Shown here piece after piece: positions 11,342 to 20,886 of a stretch of 64,000 bases of DNA. The translations under genes were made by a program, and so were the position numbers. The DNA lies in NCBI GenBank assembly GCA_963745035.1, contig CAVUVW010000014.1, positions 896,001 to 960,000 on the forward strand, written 5' to 3'. This stretch comes from an uncultured delta proteobacterium. GTDB taxonomy: Bacteria > Desulfobacterota > Binatia > UBA9968. Within the stretch, counting starts at the first letter, position 1. Each line of letters starts with the position of its first letter. The notes beneath the pieces were generated by a model. That model saw nothing but the letters and a program-made list of their open reading frames with translations, searched no databases and was not told the DNA's origin.

Positions 11342-13510
11342 ATGAAAAGGATCAAACCGGATTATTGCCTGTTGGTCGTCCTCGCGATTTTCTTGTTTGT
11401 GTCACCGGCTCGTTTGAGCAGCCAGCAAAACGCCGCCAGCGTCCGCATCGACGGCGACGACATTGGCGGTGTGGTCATCGGCTCTAATGGAGCCGAAGCG
11501 GGCGTCTGGGTCATTGCCGAAACGACCGAGCTTCCGACCAAGTACGCCAAGATAGTCGTAACCGACGACCGTGGACGCTACGTCCTCCCCGATCTTCCTA
11601 AAGCCAATTACAATATATGGGTGCGCGGTTACGGACTCGTTGATTCGCCGAAAGTTCGGAGCGCTCCAGGAAAGATTCTCAACCTCAAAGCTGTCGTCGC
11701 TCCGAACGAAGCCGCGGCGGCGGAATACTATCCGGCGATTTACTGGTATTCGATGTTGAAGATTCCGGAAAAAAGCGAATTTCCTCTGGGCAAAGCTCAG
11801 ACTCAGGGGCATTGGTTGGCCGGCGTCAAGACCCATGGCTGCATCTCGTGCCATCAGCTAGGCAACAAATCCACGCGCGTTATTTCGAAAGAATTAGGCG
11901 AATTCAAATCGTCTCTAGAGGCGTGGCAGCGCCGCGTCCTTTCCGGACAGGCGAGCGAAGTCATGATGCGCAACTTGAACGACGTCGAGCCTAAGCGCGC
12001 GCTGGCATTGTTTGCCGAATGGACCGATCGGATCGCTGCCGGCGAATTACCCAAGACCAAGCCTGCACGGCCGCAAGGCATCGAGCGCAACCTCGTCATC
12101 ACTCTATGGGACTGGGCCACGGGCAAGGCTTACCTGCACGATGAGATCGCGAGCGACAAGCGTAATCCAACGGTCAATGCCAATGGTTTGCTCTACGGTT
12201 CTCCGGAGGACAGCACGGACTTTATGCCGATGCTCGACCCGGTTCGCAACAAAGCGACCGAAGTTAAGGTGCCGGTACGCGATCCGAATACGCCGGACAC
12301 GATGTTTATCGCGCAGGGAAATACCCTGATGCTGGCGCCTTCGCCATTCTGGGGCACGGAGCGTGTGTGGCAGAGTCAGGCGTCGGTTCACAATCCGATG
12401 TTCGACGAGAAAGGTCGGGTGTGGCTTACCTCGAGAATTCGTCCGCCACAAAATCCGGCGTTTTGCAGGAAAGGCTCCGATCATCCGTCGGCAAAACTTT
12501 TCCCGATCGAAAGAGCTGGACGACATCTTTCAGTGTACGAGCCGAAGACCCAGAAATTTACGCTTATCGATACCTGCTTCAGCACGCACCATTTGATTTT
12601 TGCCGAAGACGCCAACAACACGCTCTGGCTCAGCAACGGCGGCTCGGCCGGCAACGTGCTCGGCTGGTTGAATACGAAAATGTTCGACGCCACCGGTGAC
12701 GAGCAAAAATCTCAAGGCTGGACGGCATTCATCCTCGACACCAATGGCAATGGCCGGCGCGACGAATATGTCGAGCCTGATCAACCGCTCGACCCGACGA
12801 AGGACAAACGGATCGTAGCGGGCTACTACGGTATCGGCTTCAACCCGATAGACGGATCGATCTGGGGTTCCGTGCTGAGTTTTCCCGGCGCTGTCGTGCG
12901 CGTGAGTCCGGGCGACAATCCGCCGGCATCGGCGTTGACGGAAATTTTTGAAGTGCCGTGGAACGAGCCCAAAGCGACGGTGAACGGCTACGGCCCCCGC
13001 GGTATGGACATCGATCGAAACGGTGTCGTCTGGGTGCCGCTCGCCAGCGGCCATCTGGCGAGCTTCGACCGCCGGAAATGTAAAGGGCCTCTTAACGGTC
13101 CGGCCGCGACAGGAAAACATTGTCCCGAAGGTTGGACGCTCTATCCATTTCCCGGTCCGCAGTTCGACAGTGTGTCGGATTCGGGCAGCGCGCAGGCAAG
13201 CTACTACACTTGGGTGGATCAGCACGACACCTTCGGCTTGGGGCGCAACGTGCCATTCGCCACGGGCAATCTCGCCGATTCATTGGAAGCGTTCGTCGCC
13301 GGAAAGTTTGTCAGTCTTCGGGTTCCTTACCCGATGGGATTCCATGCAAAAGGCATGGACGGGCGGATCGATAATCCAAAGAGCGGTTGGAAGGGCAAGG
13401 GAGTGTGGTCCGCCTATGCCGGTAGAGCGACCAATCATATCGAAGGCGGCAAGGGCACGAAACCAAAAGTGATAAAGTTTCAGTTACGCCCGAATCCGTT
13501 GGCGAAGTAG
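11342..13510 (+). CDS. Secreted carboxypeptidase-regulatory-like domain / monoheme c (CISCH) / beta-propeller protein, paralog 2
   Basis: Signal peptide, TDDRGRYVLPDLP-VRGYGLVDS, CxxCH, DTNGNG Ca-binding-like loop. Confidence 0.85.
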   Translation: MKRIKPDYCLLVVLAIFLFVSPARLSSQQNAASVRIDGDDIGGVVIGSNGAEAGVWVIAETTELPTKYAKIVVTDDRGRYVLPDLPKANYNIWVRGYGLVDSPKVRSAPGKILNLKAVVAPNEAAAAEYYPAIYWYSMLKIPEKSEFPLGKAQTQGHWLAGVKTHGCISCHQLGNKSTRVISKELGEFKSSLEAWQRRVLSGQASEVMMRNLNDVEPKRALALFAEWTDRIAAGELPKTKPARPQGIERNLVITLWDWATGKAYLHDEIASDKRNPTVNANGLLYGSPEDSTDFMPMLDPVRNKATEVKVPVRDPNTPDTMFIAQGNTLMLAPSPFWGTERVWQSQASVHNPMFDEKGRVWLTSRIRPPQNPAFCRKGSDHPSAKLFPIERAGRHLSVYEPKTQKFTLIDTCFSTHHLIFAEDANNTLWLSNGGSAGNVLGWLNTKMFDATGDEQKSQGWTAFILDTNGNGRRDEYVEPDQPLDPTKDKRIVAGYYGIGFNPIDGSIWGSVLSFPGAVVRVSPGDNPPASALTEIFEVPWNEPKATVNGYGPRGMDIDRNGVVWVPLASGHLASFDRRKCKGPLNGPAATGKHCPEGWTLYPFPGPQFDSVSDSGSAQASYYTWVDQHDTFGLGRNVPFATGNLADSLEAFVAGKFVSLRVPYPMGFHAKGMDGRIDNPKSGWKGKGVWSAYAGRATNHIEGGKGTKPKVIKFQLRPNPLAK

Positions 13511-13581
13511 TACGATAGCTTATCTCGCCAATCTTAAATTCGCGGCGTCGCAACCGACGCGGGAATTAGGGTGGGAGGTTT

Positions 13582-14337
13582 ATGAAACATATTGAATTCA
13601 CGATGCCATTAAATCATCAGTGGATGCCGGACGAGATATTGCCGACCTCTGTCAAATTTTTTCTCGGGCCGAAGAACCATCAGGAAAAGGGCATGGTTAT
13701 TGGCAGTGATTCGGGCACCTGCCTGACGCTGCCTTCTGTGTTCGAAGCTTTTCGCAAAACCGCGCGGCTCGATGAGGTGCCTGTCGATAAAATGGTTTTA
13801 CGGCCTGCCGCTGTGCTCGCTGTCGCCAAGAGCGAGGGAGAAGAAATAACCAAGGCCGACGTGCAGAGGGCGTTCGAGGCGGCGCGACCGGCGAAAGGGG
13901 ACGCGATCCTGATTGCGACCGGTTGGGGCGACAAGCCCTGCGGTGAGTCGTACGTCCTCGGCAGTCCGCATCTCACGCTGGAAGCGGCGCAATATTTGGC
14001 GCCGCGCATGAACGAGAATCAAAATGACTTGCTGTTGACGGACACGGCGCTCGTCGGCTGGCCGGACAAACATCTCATGCCGGAGTGGTGCTCTTTTCTG
14101 CCGCCGCCGGCGGCCGAATCCGCCGAGGCGCGCATGTATTTGCATCTTTACGATGGCGAAAAAGCGAAAAAGGATTTTGCCGTCGAGATCGAATTTGCCC
14201 GAGCTGGAATCATGACGGTGCGGAAGTTGGTTCACTGCGGGCAGATTCAGAAAGACAGGATCAAAATTATCGTGTCGCCGTTGAAAGTTGTGCGCGGGGT
14301 TGCTTCAACGTGCAGAGTCGTAGCTTTGGAGGACTGA
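13582..14337 (+). CDS. Cyclase/kynurenine-formamidase-fold protein with degenerate metal motif
   Basis: GDAILIATGWG, SPHLTLEAAQYL, PLKVVRGVASTCRVVA; HxGTHxDxPxH replaced by DSGTCLTLPS. Confidence 0.75.
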   Translation: MKHIEFTMPLNHQWMPDEILPTSVKFFLGPKNHQEKGMVIGSDSGTCLTLPSVFEAFRKTARLDEVPVDKMVLRPAAVLAVAKSEGEEITKADVQRAFEAARPAKGDAILIATGWGDKPCGESYVLGSPHLTLEAAQYLAPRMNENQNDLLLTDTALVGWPDKHLMPEWCSFLPPPAAESAEARMYLHLYDGEKAKKDFAVEIEFARAGIMTVRKLVHCGQIQKDRIKIIVSPLKVVRGVASTCRVVALED

Positions 14338-14338
14338 G

Positions 14339-15169
14339 ATGAGACTGATCGATTTGACGATGCCGATTTGGGAAGGCGCGGGTTACGGTGAGATTTTGCC
14401 TTTCACAAATTCTTCCGGTGCGATTGCACGAATACATGTACTACGACAAACACGGCATGCGCATGACGCGCATGAAGCTCGATGGCGAGACTGGCAGTCC
14501 GTTCATGGTGCCGCATCAACGCAACCCTTCGATCCGACGCCGCTACAACCCGATCCGAAGTTTTCATGGCTGCTCGACGAAATACCGCTCGAAAAACTTA
14601 TTCTGAGAGACACGGTGATTCTCGACATCAGAGTTCCGGAGGCGCACGAGATCACGCCCGACGAGATGGAGACGGCTATTAAACAAGCCGACTACCGAGA
14701 AGGCGACGAGGTGCTGCTCCGGACAGGTTGGGGCACGCGCGAGCGCGCCTACGAGCTTGGCATCGACTACTACAAGAGAACTCCGAGCATCCACTTCGAT
14801 GCCGCGGCGCTATTGGCGAAAAAAATGGACGGGATGGGGAGCTCGCTGTTCATGACCGATTGCGGCCTGGTGAATCCTCCGAGAGTGCAGGGCAATAACT
14901 GGTTTCGCGGTGACAAGCCGTTGGTGCCGCATCCAAAGCCGTGGCCGTCGGCTGAAGCGCGCGAGAGAGTGATCGATTTGGGCGCGCACCGGCACGGCAG
15001 CCCGCATCCGAGCAGCTACGGCGCTCTCATCAAAAAAGCGATGGCTGGCTGCAAGTGCCTGGTCGATTGCGACGAGATTTCGCAGCCGCGTGTGAAGATG
15101 ATTGTGTTGCCTCTGCTGATCAAAAAAGGGGGAGCTTCCCCTTGCCGCTTCATAGCGGTAGAGGAGTAG
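14339..15169 (+). CDS. Cyclase/kynurenine-formamidase-fold protein 2, with a short frameshifted stretch (~14415-14520)
   Basis: MRLIDLTMPI, GDEVLLRTGWG, PLLIKKGGASPCRFIA; the alternate frame (14388-14606 ORF) supplies the middle segment. Confidence 0.75.
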   Translation: MRLIDLTMPIWEGAGYGEILPFTNSSGAIARIHVLRQTRHAHDAHEARWRDWQSVHGAASTQPFDPTPLQPDPKFSWLLDEIPLEKLILRDTVILDIRVPEAHEITPDEMETAIKQADYREGDEVLLRTGWGTRERAYELGIDYYKRTPSIHFDAAALLAKKMDGMGSSLFMTDCGLVNPPRVQGNNWFRGDKPLVPHPKPWPSAEARERVIDLGAHRHGSPHPSSYGALIKKAMAGCKCLVDCDEISQPRVKMIVLPLLIKKGGASPCRFIAVEE

Positions 15170-15235
15170 TTCTCTCAAAGGCAGGATGGAAAGCGCCGCC
15201 TGGCGAGCCACGCGGCGCCTCATTTTCTGACTGAC

Positions 15236-15601
15236 TCAACTTTTGTTTGAATTTTCCACGTCTGCTCGCACCGGCCGCACGCCGAAGGGCTCGGAGCGAT
15301 TGCCGAACAGCACCAGGGTGGAGGGGCCCACACTGGTGAGCTGGTAGTATTCCTTCGCAGGTAAAAACACGATGTCGTTTTTCTCCAGCACCCTTTCGTG
15401 TCCGTCGATGCTCTTGACCGAGCACTTGCCGTCGATGACGAGAAAAGTTTCCGGCGACTGATGATAATGCATCGGCGTGCCGTCGCCCGGCTCGAAGTAG
15501 AGCATCCATGAGCGAAAATTATCGGTGCCGAAGAGTTGCACGTTTCTGAGCTTTTCCCGGCCTGCTTCGTCGATCTTTTTGCTCAAGCTGACAAACTCCA
15601 T
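15236..15601 (-). CDS. Cupin domain protein
   Basis: PGDGTPMHYHQSPETFLVIDG. Confidence 0.85.
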   Translation of the reverse strand: MEFVSLSKKIDEAGREKLRNVQLFGTDNFRSWMLYFEPGDGTPMHYHQSPETFLVIDGKCSVKSIDGHERVLEKNDIVFLPAKEYYQLTSVGPSTLVLFGNRSEPFGVRPVRADVENSNKS

Positions 15602-15804
15602 GTCGCCTCCTGCGCGGCTGATTTGCCCTCCAAACTAGGCAGCCAAGATCGCGTTGTCAATCGCGCAAGTGGGGGCAGGCTGCCCCGATCAAACGTTTAT
15701 CGCGCCGCACATTTCCAGTTCAGTAGGTAATTTTTTACCCTTCGCAATAGCGATCGTCGAAGTGAAACAATCGGGAAATCAGGCAATTCCCGTTTTTTTT
15801 CGCG

Positions 15805-15820
15805 TGGCATGTGGGTTGCT
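15805..15820 (+). promoter_or_regulatory. Putative sigma54 promoter
   Basis: TGGCAT-GTGGG-TTGCT, 50 bp upstream of the 15871 start. Confidence 0.6.
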
Positions 15821-15870
15821 GTAGCATGCGGTGACGAAATGGGCCGCAGATAACGGTAAAGGAGTTCAAA

Positions 15871-16464
15871 ATGAAGACTGTCAAAATCACGATCTTGGGA
15901 GCGTTTTTAACCACAGCGCTACTCACGCCAGTAATCCCTGCAGCGGCAAAGGACGACCATCATTTTCGGGTTCCTCCCGGCCATATGCCGTCAGCGGGCA
16001 AATGCCGCATTTGGTATCCGGACACACCGCCGGGCCGTCAACCCCCGTCGGGCGACTGCCGGACTCTCAGCCGGCAAGTTCCGGACGGAGCTTACCTCAT
16101 CGGCCATGACCGGAGATGGCGCTACGACGAGCTGCGCGACCGGCGGTTTCGCCATGCCGATTTCGACGGCCACCGATACAACGGTCGCAAGGAAAGATAT
16201 CAGGAAATTCGCGAGCTGCGCTCAGCGCAGCACGATGTTCGCGGCGATCGCGCCCAGCTACAAAAAGACTACGCCGAGCTGCAAAGAGATCGTGCGGAGT
16301 TGAGAGAAGATATTCGTGAGGGCGCGAGCCGCAAGGAAATCGCTCAAGGCCGCCGCGAGATCCGCCAAGATCAGAAAAAAATCGCGCAGAGCAAAAAAGA
16401 GCTGCAGCGCAGCGAGAACAGGCTCGAGGCCGCCCGCGAAGACCTCAGAGATCATCGCCGCTAG
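15871..16464 (+). CDS. Secreted hypothetical protein with a PPGHMP-CRIWYP domain and C-terminal coiled coil
   Basis: Signal peptide, RBS AAGGAG, charged heptad repeats. Confidence 0.75.
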   Translation: MKTVKITILGAFLTTALLTPVIPAAAKDDHHFRVPPGHMPSAGKCRIWYPDTPPGRQPPSGDCRTLSRQVPDGAYLIGHDRRWRYDELRDRRFRHADFDGHRYNGRKERYQEIRELRSAQHDVRGDRAQLQKDYAELQRDRAELREDIREGASRKEIAQGRREIRQDQKKIAQSKKELQRSENRLEAAREDLRDHRR

Positions 16465-16483
16465 AGCCATCGCATCGGAGAAC

Positions 16484-16526
16484 AGCGGCCTGGGCAGTCT
16501 TCGGACGGCTCAGGCCGCTTTTTTTT
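16484..16526 (+). terminator. Rho-independent terminator
   Basis: AGCGGCCTGGGC...GCTCAGGCCGCT followed by a T-run. Confidence 0.8.
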
Positions 16527-16716
16527 GTACGATTGCCGGATCGTAGCATCAGCGCATCACAGTAATCCCACGTTACTGATTGCGTTGCAGCATAAGCGCC
16601 CATCACAGCATGCGCTCCATCGCCGGCGGTTTGTTCTTTTCCGATTGCATTGTGTGCGCGACCGCATGGTATTGTACCGATGCGGTACATTTGCGTTCAG
16701 AGAGCGGAGGTGTTCC

Positions 16717-17028
16717 ATGGTCATATTGCACGTCACCGTTCAGGTGAAGCCCGAGCATGCGCGGGAATTTCTCGAAGCCGTGCGCCACGATGCGGAGCAT
16801 TCGGAGAGAGACGAACCCGGTTGTCTCCGCTTCGACGTGGTTCAGGACCGTGACGACGCCAACCGGTTTTACTACTACGAAGTCTACAAGGACGAGGCGG
16901 CTCTGGAAGCGCATCGTCAAACGCCGCACTTCAAACTCTACGCCGAGAAGACCGCGCCGTGGCTGGCAGCGCCGCCGGAGCGGCGCTTCGGCAAGAACCT
17001 GATTCCTGCCGACTCGGAATGGCGCTGA
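16717..17028 (+). CDS. Antibiotic biosynthesis monooxygenase (LsrG-like) protein
   Basis: EPGCLRFDV, YEVY, AHRQTPHF; RBS GGAGG. Confidence 0.9.
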   Translation: MVILHVTVQVKPEHAREFLEAVRHDAEHSERDEPGCLRFDVVQDRDDANRFYYYEVYKDEAALEAHRQTPHFKLYAEKTAPWLAAPPERRFGKNLIPADSEWR

Positions 17029-17144
17029 GCGCGTTCGTCCTCAAACGTTCTTGCCTCGACATAAAGGAAATCGTATGGTACCGCGCCGAGCGCGATGGGC
17101 GCGTGGGCGCATCCAATTTCCGATCGATCTTGACCGGAGGAACC

Positions 17145-18143
17145 ATGAAACTTTCACGGCCATTCTGGTTGTTCGTTCCCGCGATTTTTCTTGCAGGGGC
17201 GTTCGTGAGCGGCGTCTGGGCGCAAGACAAAGTTAGGCTTGCGCACAGCGCGTTGGAGAGCAGCAATGCCGTGTGGTACGTGGCGCAGGCGCGCGGTTAC
17301 TATAAGAAGCACGGACTGGACGCCGATTTGCTCTTCATTCCCAGCACGACGACGAGTGTTTCGAGCTTGGTGGCCGGCGATGTGCAAGTGGCCAACGCTT
17401 CGGGCGGAGGCGTGGCGAGCGCGGTGGTTGCCGGAGCGGATCTCGTCATGGTCGCCTGCTATCTCAATTCGCTGCCTTACGAGCTGGTCGTGAATGAAAG
17501 CATCAAATCGGCCGAGGATCTCAAGGGAAAAAGTGTCGGTATAAGCCGGGTCGGCAGCGCCTCGGACGTGGCGGCGCGCGCGTTGATCCGCGGTCTGGGG
17601 ATGGAGCCGGACAAGCAAGTGATGATCATGCAGGTCGGCGGTCCCGCGGAGCGGGCTGCGTCCTTTCGCACCGGCAGGATCGCGGGGTTTCCATCGCCGC
17701 CGGGCATCATCCACCTGACCAAAGGCATACCGCACCGTATCCTAATCAGCACGGCGGACTTTCAGAAGCGTTTCGAATTTCCTTATATCTGCGCGACGAC
17801 GACGAAAAACTATCTGGCGCGCAACAGAGATATCGTGAAAAGAGTGGTGATGGCGCACGTCGAGGCGACGCACTTCTTCAAGAAACAGAAGGAAGAGACC
17901 AAGAAAATCATCTCCAAATACAGCAGAATCACCAATGAAGATTATCTGGAGTCCGCTTACGCCGCGACCGCGAAACTCTACGACATGGTGCCGCTGGTCA
18001 CCCAGCCCGGGGTAGAGGTACAGATCAAGGAAGCCACCAGCCGCAAACCCGGCATGCAGCTGCGCTTTGAGGATATGGTCGACGAAAGCCTGGTGCGCGA
18101 GTTGGAAAAAAGCGGCTTCATCGAAAAGATCTACAAGCAGTGA
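17145..18143 (+). CDS. NMT1/THI5-like ABC substrate-binding protein
   Basis: Signal peptide, KKHGLD, DLKGKSVGISRVGSASD. Confidence 0.85.
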   Translation: MKLSRPFWLFVPAIFLAGAFVSGVWAQDKVRLAHSALESSNAVWYVAQARGYYKKHGLDADLLFIPSTTTSVSSLVAGDVQVANASGGGVASAVVAGADLVMVACYLNSLPYELVVNESIKSAEDLKGKSVGISRVGSASDVAARALIRGLGMEPDKQVMIMQVGGPAERAASFRTGRIAGFPSPPGIIHLTKGIPHRILISTADFQKRFEFPYICATTTKNYLARNRDIVKRVVMAHVEATHFFKKQKEETKKIISKYSRITNEDYLESAYAATAKLYDMVPLVTQPGVEVQIKEATSRKPGMQLRFEDMVDESLVRELEKSGFIEKIYKQ

Positions 18144-18186
18144 CGGGAAAGGATCGCTCTCGTCTCGGCGTGTTTCAAGGCGTGGC

Positions 18187-19194
18187 CTACTTGATCCCCG
18201 CCAAACCTAGGTACTGGAGATCGACAAAGCGCTCGGCGGCGGGAAGCGGCTCCTTGACTGTCCCGGCTTCGCCCATGAAAGCGATCACCTGCGCCAAGCC
18301 TTTAACGTTGATCTCCGCTTGGCGCGGCAACACGTTACGCTCCGGCTCGAAAAATAACTTGAGCGTCTGCTCTGCGATTTCCGGGCTCGAATCGATCGTT
18401 TCAACGATGATCTTGACGACGGTGGGGCGATTGGCCGGATCGCGGATGAACTTGAACGCGCCGCCGAGTGCGCGCACGTAGCGCACAAGAGCATTTTTGT
18501 TCGCCTCTGCCCACGAGCGGCGCACCGCGGTCACCGTGTAAAGAAACTCGGGGACCGCTTCATTGGATATCCCGAGCAGTCGATACCCTTCCTTCAAAGC
18601 TTGCAGGTCGTGCGGCTGGCCGAGCGGCACGGCGTCGCATTCGCCGCGCTTCAAGCAGGCGTAGCGCGCCGGCGTTCCTTCGATCGTCTTGAACCGAAAC
18701 TCTTCTTTGCGCAGCCCGCGCAGAGCGAGCAGCTTACGGATGGAAATCGTGATCGTGCCGGCTTCGTCGGCCAAGCCGATCAGTTTTCCCTTTAGTTCGG
18801 CGATGGTGGCGACGTCCGGCTTGGCAATCAAACTATAAATCGGATTGTTGAATTCGGCGGCGACGGCCACGGCGTCGGCGCCCGCGAGCGCGGCGCGGAT
18901 CAAGAACGGCGTCGCGATGTGCGTCACGTCGGCGCTGCCGTCGTTGAGTGAATCGATCATTCGATCCGCGCCCCCCGGCAGCGGCACGACGACGCGAAAA
19001 TCTAAATTCTCGCGACGAAAGAAGCCGGCGCGGTCGGCGACGGATACCGGCAGTGAAAAAATGCTGCGAAGCGCGGAATAAGTTTGCGCGTAGCGCAGTG
19101 GGGTCGTTTGCGCGGCAAGGGGCTGGACGGCGACAAAAAAGGCCGCGCCGCTAACGACCAGCAGCCAAAATCGCAAGAAAACTTGCGCGCGCAT
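18187..19194 (-). CDS. NMT1/THI5-like ABC substrate-binding protein
   Basis: GFFRRENLD, ELKGKLIG, FVDLQYL. Confidence 0.85.
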   Translation of the reverse strand: MRAQVFLRFWLLVVSGAAFFVAVQPLAAQTTPLRYAQTYSALRSIFSLPVSVADRAGFFRRENLDFRVVVPLPGGADRMIDSLNDGSADVTHIATPFLIRAALAGADAVAVAAEFNNPIYSLIAKPDVATIAELKGKLIGLADEAGTITISIRKLLALRGLRKEEFRFKTIEGTPARYACLKRGECDAVPLGQPHDLQALKEGYRLLGISNEAVPEFLYTVTAVRRSWAEANKNALVRYVRALGGAFKFIRDPANRPTVVKIIVETIDSSPEIAEQTLKLFFEPERNVLPRQAEINVKGLAQVIAFMGEAGTVKEPLPAAERFVDLQYLGLAGIK

Positions 19195-19246
19195 AATTAG
19201 CAGGAGAAGAGTTGCCGCCAGCGCAATATCAGCGCGTCGAAGCCGC

Positions 19247-19654
19247 CTATTTCGCGCCGGTGGGCTGCATCGTGCATTCGATCTCGATCGCGGTGACCGG
19301 TTTCTTCGCGGGCGAAGTGCGGTTGAGTGTCCGGGTTTGCTTATAGCCGTCTTTGCTGCAAGAGATCGAAACTTGGCTTTGCGTAATGCCCTTGCCGAAA
19401 CCTGGTAGCCTGTACACGCCGGTGGCGTCGGTACGCGCGATCACCGAGCCAAGGCCTTTGATGTCCGCCGTTACCTTGGCGTCGCGGATAGCTCTGCCCG
19501 CGGGATCTTTGACGAAACCGAAGATCGATAGCCCATCATGGGTATGGTCGCGTGCCTCCCCAAGCTCGCCGCCCGCCCAGACCCCGGCACAAACGCACAG
19601 GCTGAGACCTACTGCGAAAATCGTGAATGTACCGCGCTTCACTCCGGGTTTCAT
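19247..19654 (-). CDS. Small secreted carboxypeptidase-regulatory-like domain protein
   Basis: IFGFVKDPAGRAIRDAKVT, TDATGVY, SKDGY. Confidence 0.75.
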   Translation of the reverse strand: MKPGVKRGTFTIFAVGLSLCVCAGVWAGGELGEARDHTHDGLSIFGFVKDPAGRAIRDAKVTADIKGLGSVIARTDATGVYRLPGFGKGITQSQVSISCSKDGYKQTRTLNRTSPAKKPVTAIEIECTMQPTGAK

Positions 19655-19898
19655 GCGGATTTCGCTCCTTCTTCTCTCGCGAATTTTGCGCGCCACGCTG
19701 TCGGTCAGCGCAAAGAGCAACCGACTAGAAGATAACCGAAAACAGTTATCACGGCCAGAGGGACATGCTTGAAGACAACCGCCCGCGACATGGTATCGCA
19801 CGACTCGCAACAGATGGGCGGCGCGGCCGGATACGCGCGCATCGCTTCCACACGCCCCATCAAGCTGCTATAGCTGGCGGCGAGCGGGAGAAACCATC

Positions 19899-20870
19899 GT
19901 GAAGCAGACGGTGTCGGCTTTTTTGCTGATAGCTTTTCTGGCTCCGCCGCTGGGTGCGCAGGAGAAAATCAAATTTCCCGTCGGCGTCTCGTCGAAGGTG
20001 CTGGGCTATGGACATCTGTGGGCGGCGTGGCGATTGAAGTACTTCGAGCGCGAAGGGCTCGACGCCGAAGTGGTCGTGATGCGCGGCACTGCTCCGGGCG
20101 TGCAAGCGTTGATCGCCGGATCGATCTCCGCCGGACTGATCGCCAACGACGGTCCCATCACCGCCGTGGAGCAGGGAATGGACCTCGCGATGATCGCGAG
20201 CGGCAGCAAAATCACCCACATGCTGATCGGGGGAAAAAACTACAAGACCTGGGAGGACCTGCGCGGCGCGACCATCGGCTCTTCGACTCTCACTTCCGGC
20301 ACGGCGTTCGTCTTGAGAAGAGCGCTCAAGCTCAAGGGCCTGGAATACCCGCGCGACTACAAGTTGCTCGCCGTCGGCGGCACCGGGCCGTCTTTCGCCG
20401 CCATGAACACGGGGCAGATCGCCGCGGCGATGCAAGCGGTGCCCTATGCCTTTCAGGCGCAGGACGCCGGCTTCAATGTCATTGGCCGCATCGCGGATGT
20501 GCTGCCCAATTATTTGTTGTCGGCCTATTCCATTCGTCGCAGTTGGGCGGAAAAGAATCGACCGCTGGTCGTGCGCTTTCTCAAAGCCGTAGTGCGCGCA
20601 AAAAAGTGGTTCGAGCAGGATAGAAAAGCCGCGGTCGAATTCCTGGCAAAAGAGTTCCAGCTTACGCCGAGCCTCGCCGAAAAGGGCCTCGATTATTATT
20701 TAACTCATCAGGCGTGGCATCCCGAGCTGGACATCGAAATGGACGGGCTCAAAACCGTCGTCGATATTTACGCTGAGCAGAACGGCTTCAAGGGACCGAT
20801 TCCCAATCCGGAGAAGTATGTCGATCAGAGCTACCTCAGACAGGCGCTGAAGGAGCTGGGATTACGATGA
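19899..20870 (+). CDS. NMT1/THI5-like ABC substrate-binding protein
   Basis: YFEREGLD, DLRGATIGSS, YVDQSYL. Confidence 0.85.
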   Translation: MKQTVSAFLLIAFLAPPLGAQEKIKFPVGVSSKVLGYGHLWAAWRLKYFEREGLDAEVVVMRGTAPGVQALIAGSISAGLIANDGPITAVEQGMDLAMIASGSKITHMLIGGKNYKTWEDLRGATIGSSTLTSGTAFVLRRALKLKGLEYPRDYKLLAVGGTGPSFAAMNTGQIAAAMQAVPYAFQAQDAGFNVIGRIADVLPNYLLSAYSIRRSWAEKNRPLVVRFLKAVVRAKKWFEQDRKAAVEFLAKEFQLTPSLAEKGLDYYLTHQAWHPELDIEMDGLKTVVDIYAEQNGFKGPIPNPEKYVDQSYLRQALKELGLR

Positions 20871-20886
20871 AGTCAGGGAAAAATCT

